From Paecilomyces variotii (lineage: Eukaryota): a stretch of DNA of 20,686 bases. The notes below the pieces were generated by a model. That model saw only the letters and a program-made list of their open reading frames with translations. It did no database searches and was not told the origin of the DNA. The DNA is taken from the NCBI GenBank assembly GCA_004022145.1, contig RCNU01000013.1; one strand, given 5' to 3'. Below are positions 11,394 to 20,686 of the stretch, in pieces (positions within the stretch are counted from its first letter, which is position 1; every line of letters begins with the position of its first letter). A program made the translations under genes and the position numbers.

Positions 11394-12806
11394 ATGTCCG
11401 AAAGCACAATTCTCGCACCTTTGGACTCTGCCGAATTAATCAATTGTGGCTTGCTAGGCCCTGGCAGGACCACTGGATCCCAGCGACTGCACAAACGTCG
11501 ACTGAACCGCTCTAGCGATGAAGAGAACCATGATATATCTCTCAACATTTCTCTCTCTTCTCCAGCTGCCGACGGTGCATTTGCCATGATTCCTGTGGCC
11601 CTCATCTCATACGAAACTCTTGTCTATGTTGGCCTATCTGAAGCAAAGGCTACCGAGCTGTGGAACCAATGGACCAGCTGGCCGGCTCAGGGACCCCTTC
11701 GCGAGACTGATCCCGACGATGGTGGATGGATAGTCACTTTCAAAGACTTCATCATCGGTTCCTTCGAAAACCGGGTTGACGCTGCAGATGATAACGACCA
11801 GGAGTGGCGAGCGTGCCTGAACAGGTGTGGTGTGGCTGTTGACGTACAGAATGCCATCATGGATCCTCGCTTTAAGTATCTTCGCCTATCCCAGTCATGC
11901 CTCTACTGGGTCAATGACACTGTCAACATGCGCTACGCAGGGCTCGAAGACATTCAGAGATCATCACATGAGCGAGAGATGCAGCTACGGCGGATTGCCA
12001 CTCGTCCAGGTGATAAGCAAGGAGGACGACAAGGCGGCTCGGACATTGCTACAGAGTCATCGTCTTCAGCCGGCCAAGGTCAACATTCCGTCTCTGGCTT
12101 TCAACAACAGGATACGCCTGGCATTGGCCTGGATATCTGGGGCTCGACAAGTGCCATCGCTGCCCGCAACGCTCCTGGACATACTGTGCTCTTCAAGGGC
12201 CTCGATCAGGGCCGCATTGCTGGTCTTTTCGACGAGGCCGGAACCTTGGATCGCATTAGCACCCTTCTAAGCTCAGCACCGAGCGACCTCAGTGGCACTC
12301 GATCCCTCTTCTACTTTACGCCGGACCACCATGTGGCAGAGTACCATGCTGCATATGCTAAACGGCGCGCTAATTGTGAATCTATCGTCATTGTCTGTCT
12401 CCGCATTCCGAATGCCGCCATCGAGAGCTTGTCAGCATCAGATGTCCAATGCATTTACTGGCCTAGCAATGAGTGGAAGGAACTGATTTGGCTCTGCCGC
12501 ACCGTAAAGTCTCTTCCATTACACCTGCGAAAGTATAGACAAGCTATTCTCGTGATCGGTACAGTTTCGCGGAAACCAGACAGTGTCTACCATGCAATGA
12601 ACTCATGGCAACAGGTTACGGAGACATGCCTGTTTCGAGTTGGACCGCCTGGCCAGAAGAATCTAACCATCCAGTATGTTTTCTCAGGAGAAGAAGACGG
12701 ATGTCAGTTCTTGATCGAAAATGGTGCCCGAAACATGAAAATCTTTCCCTATCCTCAATCTGAGCTTGAGGCGTGGCTTGCCGCCAGTTCTTCCTCCGAC
12801 TATTGA
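11394..12806 (+). CDS. Uncharacterised intronless 470 aa protein; C-terminal half has an ADP-ribosyltransferase-fold (DUF3990-like) motif pattern
   Basis: Uninterrupted ORF from ATG 11394. Ordered motifs: VLFKG (12189-12200), SDLSG..LFYFTPD..VAEYHA (FYFT 12309-12320), strand IVIVCLRIP, EWKELIW.CR, LVIGTV, IQYVF (12669-12683). These parallel DUF3990 LYHG / DFG.GFY.T....A..WA / EW..FV...R / D.I.GP / Q..F as recalled. The ORF is secure; the fold call is inference. Confidence 0.7.
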   Translation: MSESTILAPLDSAELINCGLLGPGRTTGSQRLHKRRLNRSSDEENHDISLNISLSSPAADGAFAMIPVALISYETLVYVGLSEAKATELWNQWTSWPAQGPLRETDPDDGGWIVTFKDFIIGSFENRVDAADDNDQEWRACLNRCGVAVDVQNAIMDPRFKYLRLSQSCLYWVNDTVNMRYAGLEDIQRSSHEREMQLRRIATRPGDKQGGRQGGSDIATESSSSAGQGQHSVSGFQQQDTPGIGLDIWGSTSAIAARNAPGHTVLFKGLDQGRIAGLFDEAGTLDRISTLLSSAPSDLSGTRSLFYFTPDHHVAEYHAAYAKRRANCESIVIVCLRIPNAAIESLSASDVQCIYWPSNEWKELIWLCRTVKSLPLHLRKYRQAILVIGTVSRKPDSVYHAMNSWQQVTETCLFRVGPPGQKNLTIQYVFSGEEDGCQFLIENGARNMKIFPYPQSELEAWLAASSSSDY

Positions 12807-13239
12807 GGGCAAAGCATAGGTCGAGCCACGAGGAGTCTGAAGGGTTGTCTCTCAAGGCTGGGCGAGCGTACAATGTTTTCGCGATGGCTCGGGGACTTTG
12901 GAGTATATGGACGTTGAATTTCTATAGCAGTCTAAAGCACATTCGTGATAAGAAGAGTACAGAGCAATAGAAAAAAGAAAACTATTGAAGAATAGAATCA
13001 GATTGCTGGGGTTTGGAGCCTTGTTGTCACGTTTCGTCTGCTGCGTTTAAATCCGGCCAGGCTTCTTCCATAAAAATTATAGTTTGAAGCTATGGCCGAG
13101 TTTTTCTATTCATATCCCTCGTTTGAAAACTCCAATTAACAAGAACCGCCTCTATTGCCCGCAATTTTCCCTCTCATTCGCGGTCGTTGTTTTTCGAAAA
13201 CATCTCGGAGCCTGTAGGCCTCCTGCCGGGTTTCTCCCA

Positions 13240-13610
13240 CGCCTTTCTAGCTCTACTGCTACGGCGTAGCTAAATTGTGAGGTGTAAGAAGGTTAGATTC
13301 TCTCGTAAGATCTATTGTAGCTACTAATAAAGGTTATAAATCTAGCATTACCTACTGGCGGTAAGCCAGGTAGTACGCTATAACTAAGCCGTTGTTAATA
13401 TATTGTAATGGGGAAAGTAAGCAGGAAGTATAGAGGTTATATCCTAAGAGTACTATTGGCTAAATATATACTAATATATTAACTGCCAAACCCGAAATTA
13501 TTATATCTACTGCTAAGTTATACTCCTAAATAAAGGCTATTAAAGAATCTTATACTAGCTCCTAGTTCAAACTGGTATTTATATTATGACCTAGCTACAT
13601 TAAAAGACAC
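13240..13610. other. Short RIP-like degenerate sequence of unknown origin between the convergent ART-like and HNH genes
   Basis: Locally AT-rich, strongly TpA/TAG-enriched and CpA/TpG-poor relative to the flanks; stop codons in the frames tried and no recognisable motif. Confidence 0.45.
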
Positions 13611-13759
13611 GAGACCTGATCCGTTGTGTAGAGGTAAAACTCAAGACAAAGGATTTTTGGTCAAATGCAGGTTTGTGGTCGATTTATATGCCTGTTCGTC
13701 ATGCAGGTTACGGTATATCTTGCGGAGTAGCTCTATGATATACTTGAGAAAACTGCGAA

Positions 13760-15155
13760 TCAGTAAGAGACAGCTCGGTCCGACCTGCCCCAGAAGGCTG
13801 CGTCTAGGTAACGACTAAGATCACTCGAGCCGTCCTCATTAAGAGAGCCATCGCCCATACTCATCTTAACGGCTTCCAGCTCCCTTATATATTTATCTAT
13901 TTCTTTATCTATTCCTGATGCGTTTAAAATCTCAGCTACTCGCCAGTGGTAATCTAGTAAAACTGGATTTGGTATCGGAATATCTCCTGCACCATTAGCG
14001 GCTTGGAGAGTTATTTGTCCCACATTAGTGATTATTCTTCTTACCTGTGTAGCTCTAGCTCGGCGGTATGATTTAAGATTATAGATGTTAGGCGTATTCT
14101 AGATAGTATATATTAGTAAATCACACCCTGTGTATAATAATATTAATACCAGACGTACAGTGGGCTTAAAGGCAATACTAAAAGAGCTAAAAGCTCTGTG
14201 CATGTCCTCTCTCAAACAAAAACCATTCGAGCGGTCATTAATATTCTTGGTGCCTATAACATGTCGGACTGCAGGGAAATATTGGTAAAGAGCTTCCCAT
14301 ACTTGGCTGATATTATATGTAGAACCCTATAGTTTGATCAGCGCTTGTATCTTAACCTAATGTGTTAATACTTACTGGTTCAGCTTTCCAGGAGGCTAGC
14401 GAAAATGGAATGATGTGAGCTGCTTTAATATAATCACAATCGAGATCTTCTGGGGCTCCTATCTCCTCCCATTTCTGCCAGTGAAGGTCCTGGGTGATCA
14501 CGCAGCGGTAGTTGTCACGACGCAATAAGTCTTCGCAGAACTGCTCCTCTTGCTGTTGCGGATTACCTAATGTTGAGGCGATTACCTCAATACTATTCTC
14601 CTCTCTCTTGTCGATAGGAGTCCGGGAAGCGGAGTTGCTACCTGCCGTTTTTACTGCATGGAAGTCAGTTGGTGATTTAATTTTGCTTATGCTTATGCAC
14701 TTTCCAGAAAACTTACAAGGAGCGAGAAGATATGTATAGATGTTCTCAAACATTTCATATAATTTATCGTCTGTTTTGCACTGTAATATATCGCGTGCCG
14801 CAGAGTCTCGACCGCCTGCTGGTAGCCAATCCAGTAATGCTGTCATGCAGGCCTTCAGCTTCTGGTCGGCCCTCTTCGTCTTCTTATGGCCTTTGCCCTT
14901 GGCCTTGTCCTTGGGAGAAGTAGAGTCGTCCACAGCAGCTTCATAGCGATCGATCCGCTCTTTCGCTTTGCGGCAGAGGTCAGGCCATGTTTCTGGTGGT
15001 TTGACATCCGTGGAGAGAGCAGAGAGACCAGTTTCCACCGGCGTGGCGCGTGCGGAGGCTCCAGCTAGTGGTTCTCTATTAATGATCCGGGCTGATTTCC
15101 GGGTTGGCTGGGGCGTCTCCAGGGTCTCCGAGGGTGCTTTGCGCTTCGGTGGCAT
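13760..15155 (-). CDS. Fungal HNH endonuclease (HNH_2-type), 4 exons: 15155-14717, 14653-14376, 14326-14159, 14098-13760; about 407 aa
   Basis: Introns 14716-14654 (GTAAGT..CTGAC..CAG), 14375-14327 (GTAAGT..CTGAT..TAG) and 14158-14099 (GTACGT..CTAAT..TAG) give a stop-free reading frame. It contains LLRRDNYRCVIT, AAHIIPFS, INDRSNGFCLREDMHRAF and PIPNPVLLDYHWRVAEILNASG, plus an N-terminal NLS-like MPPKRK. Confidence 0.85.
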
Positions 15156-15799
15156 GATTAAGGTGCGTGGATGGATCTGGATAGAGGAAGTAGAGAGAAG
15201 CTTAAAAAAAAAGAAGCGATCGTCGGGATACAGTTCTACGTAAAAAGTTTTCGTGATAATAAAAAAATAACTATGTAATATATTTATTTTTAACAGTACC
15301 TATAATATAAATATATAAAATAAAATAAGAAAATATATATTTATATAATAAATATTTATAAAAAAATATAATAAAAATTATTTAAGCTTTTATATATTTT
15401 TAATATTTTAAAATATACTACTTCTATTTTAAATTTAGAGTTTTTTAAAACTTAAATAAATAAATATTTTTTTTAATAACTTTCTTAAAAAAATTTATAT
15501 ATAAAAAATTAAATATTTAACCTTATTTTATAAGAATAACTTATAAAATAATATATATTATATATTATTTTATAGAGAAAAACTTAATAAAAAAATTAAG
15601 TTTTATATATTTTAAACTTTTAACTACTTTTTTATAAAAATAGTTAATTTTAAATAGATTTTATTTAATAAATTTATATATAAAGTTTATTATATTATTA
15701 AATATATAAAAAATATAAGATAAAAAATATAATTTTTATATATAAAGTATTTTAAAAAAAGTTTATATTTATTTAATAGTTAAGAGCTAAATATATATA

Positions 15800-16439
15800 T
15801 AATTATACTTTTTCTAAGAATAAACTTTAAACTTATTTAATATAAGAATTTCTTAATTTTAAAAAAATAATTAGCCTAATTAATTATAGAGAATAGCCTT
15901 AAATTTAAGGTAATTATATAGAATATATATAATATACTTATCTGTATTTATAATAATAGAGAAGTAATACTATACTTAGAACTGCTATTTTATTAAGACT
16001 TAATATACTAAATATATAAAGAATTTAAGCATTTAAGTTACTTAAGGCTAAAGAGTATTTTTTATATATAGGCCTAGTAGCCTAGTATATAAAAAGATAT
16101 ATAGAAATATATAGTTACTTACTTAAACTACTAAACTATATAATAACCTTAACTATTATTAAAATATAAAAAAGTATAATATTAAGTATAGCTAAATATA
16201 TACTTATTTAAGTAATAGAGAATAAACTTAATTAAGTAATTATTAATAATATTAAATAAAAACTATTAAATTATTATAGTAATTAATTATATTATAAGTT
16301 AATTAATAATAAAAGCTATTTTAAATATAATAAAGGAAATAATTATAAAGTTTCTATATAATAAGATTTATATTAACTATAGAGTATTATAGAAACTCTT
16401 AATAAATAATAAATATAACTTACTTATAAGAGTAATATA
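15800..16439 (+). mobile_element. Element A: RIP-inactivated Ty3/Gypsy integrase fragment (HHCC zinc finger plus start of the rve core), cut at 16439
   Basis: The frame from 15970 reads LYLELLFY*DLIY*IYKEFKHLSY...A**PSI*KDI*KYIVTYLNY*...*RINLIK*LLIILNKNY*IIIVINYIIS*LIIKAI...NYRVL*KLLINNK. Reversing RIP gives ..MHKEFGH..WWPSM.KD..CPNCQ..WGIDLIG.LP..GNRWI..AIDY.TGWP.AKA..YG.P.ELLTDNG. The left limit is approximate. Confidence 0.85.
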
Positions 16440-16911
16440 TATTATACCTCTAGCTTTTTACTAGAGTATAAGCTTATAGAACTATAATAAAGCCCTAAAT
16501 CTAAATATAATACTAAGGTAATTAGTTAAACCTTATACTTCTTACTTTTAAGATTTATATAAGATAAAGCTAAGAAGTATTTAAGGTTTAAAATATAAAT
16601 AGGCTCTAGATTACTATCTTACTAAAAGCTAGTAATTTATTCTAATATAATATATACTCTATTATTTCCTTATTTATATAGACTCTTTATTATTAAACCC
16701 CTTTAATATAAACTCTTCTTTATATTAATTAGACTCTTTATCTTAATAATTAATTCTTTATTTTATTATTAGATTTTTCTCTAAGCTAAATATATAAAGC
16801 TACTATTTTTCTTATTATAATTATTAGTAGAGTAATTTATTAATAATCTTTAAAAACCTCTATTTCTTATTATTTAAATTACTTTATTTAGTAATATAAA
16901 TAGGTATAATA
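16440..16911 (+). mobile_element. Putative 5' LTR of element B (472 bp)
   Basis: Starts exactly where the element A integrase homology stops; bounded by a perfect 10-bp inverted repeat TATTATACCT...AGGTATAATA (RIP form of TGTTATACCT...AGGTATAACA). Confidence 0.7.
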
Positions 16912-19713
16912 ATATACTCTATAACTTTAAAAATAAAAGTCTTAGTTTTTAGCCTATAGGAAATACTCTATAGGACTTAGAGATTATTAAATCTAATTCT
17001 TAGCAATTAATTACTAAAGCTAGTTTATAAATATTAGAAAATACTTTATAGAGTTTAAAAAAAGATTAAATTTAAATAAAAAATAAATTATTAATAAAAA
17101 AGAATCTTTTATAGCTTTTTACTACTTCTTATATTAATAAGTAATTAAAGCTTAAGCTATTAAAACTGCAGAGGTATAAAATTATTATACTTAATACTTA
17201 ATACTTATTACTAGTAATATTAATATATAGATAAATATTTAGCCTATAATACTTTATTATTTAAAATAAAAAATAAGAAGATTACTTATATTATAGCTTT
17301 ATTAAATAAAAAATTAGCTTAATCTTAAATTTATTAATAAGAGAATTTTAACTTCTAGATATTAACTTAAAATAGATTTAAAGATTAATTACTAGATTTA
17401 TTTAATAATTTATATTATTAAGAATAGAATATAATAAATTACTTTTATACTCTAACTTAATATTTAAATTAAATTATTAAAGCTTTTTTATATTATTTTA
17501 AATAAGCTTATATAAAGCTAAATTAAGATAAAGGATTTAATAATAATAGAATTATTTAATCTTATATTTTTTATATAAAACTATAACTTAAAGTTTAAAT
17601 AAGCTTATTAAACTACTAAAACCTCTTAATTAATTTTAACTAATTAATATCTTTAGCTATTAATTAAGAAATAAATTAAAAGAAAAATAAATCCTTAAAC
17701 TTATTTACTATACTAAATATAAGTAGATTAATATAAAATATATTAAAGGATTTTTTCTTAAAATAAAAGAGAAAGAAGATTAATAATTAATATAAGAGAC
17801 TAAATAAATTTTAAAAAAGAAAGTTTAAATTATTAATAGAATAAGATTAATTTAAAAAAAAGCTACTGCTTTAATTATAATAAAAAAATTATATATAAGA
17901 ATTTAAATTATACTTAAAAAAGAAAGATTTTTTTAAAAAAAAAAGCTTAAGATTATTATAGCTCTTTATAATAAAGAGTTTAAAATAAATAAAGAATTTT
18001 TATATATTTTAATATAACTTTACTTACTTAATAATATATTTAAAAATAAGGCTTTTATTAATTTATGTTTAGCTTAGTATTATATTAGCTTAAATATAAT
18101 TATATAATATAAAATTTCCCTAGACTTCTAGTAATATATAAATTTTAAATTTATTAATAAATATAAGATTTAAAAATATAGATTCTTTAAGATAAAGATT
18201 TATATTATTAACTTTAAAGAAATTATAAAAAAAGTAAATATATACTTTTATATTATCTTAATATTTAAATTATTTATTATTTTTAAGAAATTATAATTAT
18301 AAGCTATTAATCTTATTATAGATTAAGAATTAATAACTTAAAGATATTATATTCTATAGTAGCTATAAGTTAAGATTAAAAATATTTAATAGTTTTTTTA
18401 AGATAATAAAAAGAAAGATAATCTATATATTTTATAGAGATTAAATTAATCTTATAGCCCTAAAAAATCTATCTTTAGAATATAAAAAATATATAAAAGT
18501 TTTTTTAAAAAAGGAAATAAGTATATTATCTGCAGAAATAAGTAAATATAAAATTAAATTCTTAAATAATATAGTATCTTTATAAAAGAGATTTTATAAT
18601 CTCTTTACTAAAAAACTTAATATTTTATATAAATATCTTAAAAATACATAATAGAAAGAATAGATATAACTATTAATTAGTCTTATAAAGGTATTTATTT
18701 TATTTATTCTTAAGGCTAATAATATACTAAAACTTTATATTAAATATAAAGCCTTAAATAATATTATTATAAAGAATAGATATTTTTTACTTAAAGTAAA
18801 TAAAATACTTAATTAATTAATTAGCTTTAAGATCTTTATTAAGCTTAATCTTAGAGATATTTATTATTAAATTAAAATTTGCTAAGGAAATAAATAAAAA
18901 ATAGCCTTTTAAACTTATTATAAGTATTTTAAATATTTAATTATATTATTTAGCCTATATAATACTCTTACTACTTTTTAAGCCTATATTAATTAAGTAT
19001 TATAGAGATTATTAAATATTTATTATATTATATATTTAGATAATATCTTAATTTTCTCTAACTGTATTAAGAAGTATAAGAAATATATAATATAAGTCTT
19101 AGAGAAACTATAAAAATATAAATTATATATAAAATTATCTAAATATAAATTTTATAAAAAAAGGGTTAAATTCCTTAGCTTCTTTATAGAGAAAAATAGA
19201 ATAGAGATAAATTCTAGTAAAATAAAAACTATTAAAGATTAGCTAAAGCTTAAATTTTTTTAAAAAGTTTAAGTCTTTTTAAGATTTATTAGATTTTTTA
19301 AAAGATTTATTTATAATTACTTTATAAAAATAGCTTCTTTAATTAATCTATTAAAAAAAAGTATTTAAGAAAAGAAAATTAAAATATTTATTTAAATTAA
19401 AGAGGCTATAAAAGTATTTAATAAGCTAAAGTTAATATTTATAACTCTATTAATATTAAAATACTTTAATTTAAAAAAGCTAATATAATTAGTAATTAAT
19501 ATTTTAAAATTTACTCTTATTATTATACTTCTTTAGAGAAATAATAATAAGATAAGTTTAAATATTAGTTTAAAGATAGCTTTAAGAATTAAAGCTAAAA
19601 TAAGTTAAAATATTATATTTAAGAATTAATATCTTATAGTATATTATACTTAAAAGTTTATTAAAATAAAGGTATATTATAAGATTTATAATTAAAAACT
19701 CTTAGCTATTATT
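16912..19713 (+). mobile_element. Element B: RIP-inactivated Ty3/Gypsy gag-pol (zinc knuckle, protease, RT, RNase H), cut inside RNase H
   Basis: SYCFNY (GRCFNC) at 17861-17878 and AFINL (ALIDS) at 18051-18065. RT from about 18595: ILFILKANNILKLYIKYKALN..IKNRY, KLNLRDIYY, K*KIAF*TYYKYFKYLIILFSLYNTLTTF*, and YLDNILIFS (YLDD) at 19033. RNase H YLIVYYT*KF...YKIYN*KLLAII ends at 19713. Confidence 0.92.
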
Positions 19714-20009
19714 TATTAAGGTATAGGCTTAAGGAGTAAGTTAAAATAAATAGAATAAGGTAGTTAATACTAAGACTAGCTATAGAATCTCTATCTAGCT
19801 AATTTAAACTAGAACGGGCTATTATAGGCAGGCTTAGTAAATAAAATATAGCTTAAGAAGCTTAAATTTAGATTAAGCTATATATTAAAGATATCTTTAT
19901 AAGGTTATATAACTCCTTATATAATCTAGAAGAGTTTAAACCTTATTCTTCTAAGTTAAGTAAGTATTAGCTAGTAAGTTAATTATTCTCTTATACTAGT
20001 ATTATAATA
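19714..20009 (-). mobile_element. Putative 3' LTR of element C (about 296 bp) with adjacent polypurine tract at 20011-20021
   Basis: TATTA...TAATA termini (RIP form of TGTTA...TAACA); begins immediately after the RNase H ELLAI motif of element B. On the minus strand GGAAAAGAGTA lies between the end of pol and the LTR. Confidence 0.7.
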
Positions 20010-20686
20010 ATACTCTTTTCCTTAAGGTTAAGCTTTATTAAGACTATTTCTAAGCTTTAGCTTATTTAAGTAGTAGTAGTAAAAGTTTATAATAATTTCT
20101 TAAGTATACTATAAATAATATATAGGCTCTTTAATTAAGTTATTATAACTTAATTACTTAATAATATATTATAATTAAAAGCCTTTATAGCTATAGTATT
20201 TTTATTAAGAGTTTAAAATATCTTTAATAATTTATTCTTTAAAGCTATTAATTTTAATAAGTAATAATAAAGATTATTTTTATTTAAATATAAGATCTTT
20301 AATAATAAGGTAAAGTAAGCTAATATTAAATATAAAATAAATATATATTAAGATAAGCAGGTTAAGCTAGTAAATATATAAGCTAATAACCTTAATAATA
20401 TAAAATAAGCTAAGATTCTTCTAGTTAAATTTTTTCTAGAGATATTAAATATAAATATTTTAAATATTTAATTAAATAAATTATCTTATATAATAATAAT
20501 AAGCTAAGGTTTAATAATAATTAATCTGCTCTTTATAATAAGCTTAAGTAATATAGATTTAAGTATAAATATAATCTATAATATCTTATATCTTTTTAAT
20601 AAAGGCTTTAATATTTTTAATAATAAGCTAATTTATAGGCTAAATAGGCTTAAATTCTATATATAGATAAACTTATAATTAGTAAA
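20010..20686 (-). mobile_element. Element C: 3' end of a RIP-inactivated chromovirus (integrase GPF/Y region plus chromodomain), continuing beyond the window
   Basis: Minus strand about 20435-20310 reads KFN*KNLSLFYIIKVISLYIY*LNLLILIYIYFIFNISLL (KLDWKNLGPF...AY.LDLP..M.IHPVFNVSLL). About 20240-20052 reads E*IIKDILNS...*YIIK*LSYNNLIKEPIYYL*YT*EIIINFYYYYLNKL (EW.VEDILDS..Y.VKW.GYDDPTEEP..L....EIV.NFHRRYPDKP). Confidence 0.88.

Larger units (their letters stand above)
15241..20686. repeat. AT-rich RIP-mutated transposon block, running off the window end
   Basis: Abrupt drop to very low GC, near absence of CpA/TpG and CpG, excess TpA, and no ORF of 60 aa or more in the track; retrotransposon motifs are recoverable by reversing C>T/G>A. 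Confidence 0.95.

Noticed and set aside
11394..12806. Calling the ART-like protein DarT
   Set aside because: The motifs fit a DUF3990-like pattern better and no DarT-specific signature or catalytic Glu motif could be identified by eye.
6200..15240. Definite Starship element
   Set aside because: No tyrosine recombinase captain or identifiable termini in the window.
16435..16916. Solo LTR with ATATA target-site duplication
   Set aside because: ATATA flanks both sides, but the element A integrase does not resume after 16916 (no YHP.TNG..E relic), and ATATA is expected by chance here; read as the 5' LTR of element B.
17290..17340. ALLN (ALLD) possible aspartic protease motif
   Set aside because: It lies upstream of the zinc knuckle in the gag region; the motif at 18051 is in the expected position.
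15241..20686. Mitochondrial insertion or AT-rich contaminant
   Set aside because: The dinucleotide bias and recoverable Gypsy domains show RIP-mutated nuclear transposons.

Overview
Fungal genomic DNA, Eurotiales (Aspergillus/Penicillium)-like as judged from the spliceosomal introns and gene families, in three zones. (1) 1-5.5 kb holds conserved intron-containing genes: a Zn2Cys6 transcription factor fused to a maltose-acetyltransferase-like beta-helix, HEM2 (ALA dehydratase), and an STF2/TMA10-like small gene missed by the ORF track whose ATG appears to be split by an intron. (2) 6.7-15.2 kb is an accessory cluster of four genes whose predicted domains all act on nucleic acids or nucleotides: a large protein with a C-terminal HicA-like RNase domain, a NADAR hydrolase transcribed divergently from a protein with an ADP-ribosyltransferase (DUF3990-like) motif pattern, and a 4-exon HNH nuclease. 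The NADAR/ART-like pair is a candidate fungal toxin-antitoxin module. (3) 15.24 kb to the end is an extremely AT-rich, RIP-mutated block that resolves into three nested Ty3/Gypsy LTR retrotransposon relics. All domain calls come from manual motif reading and translation; no database searches were run.
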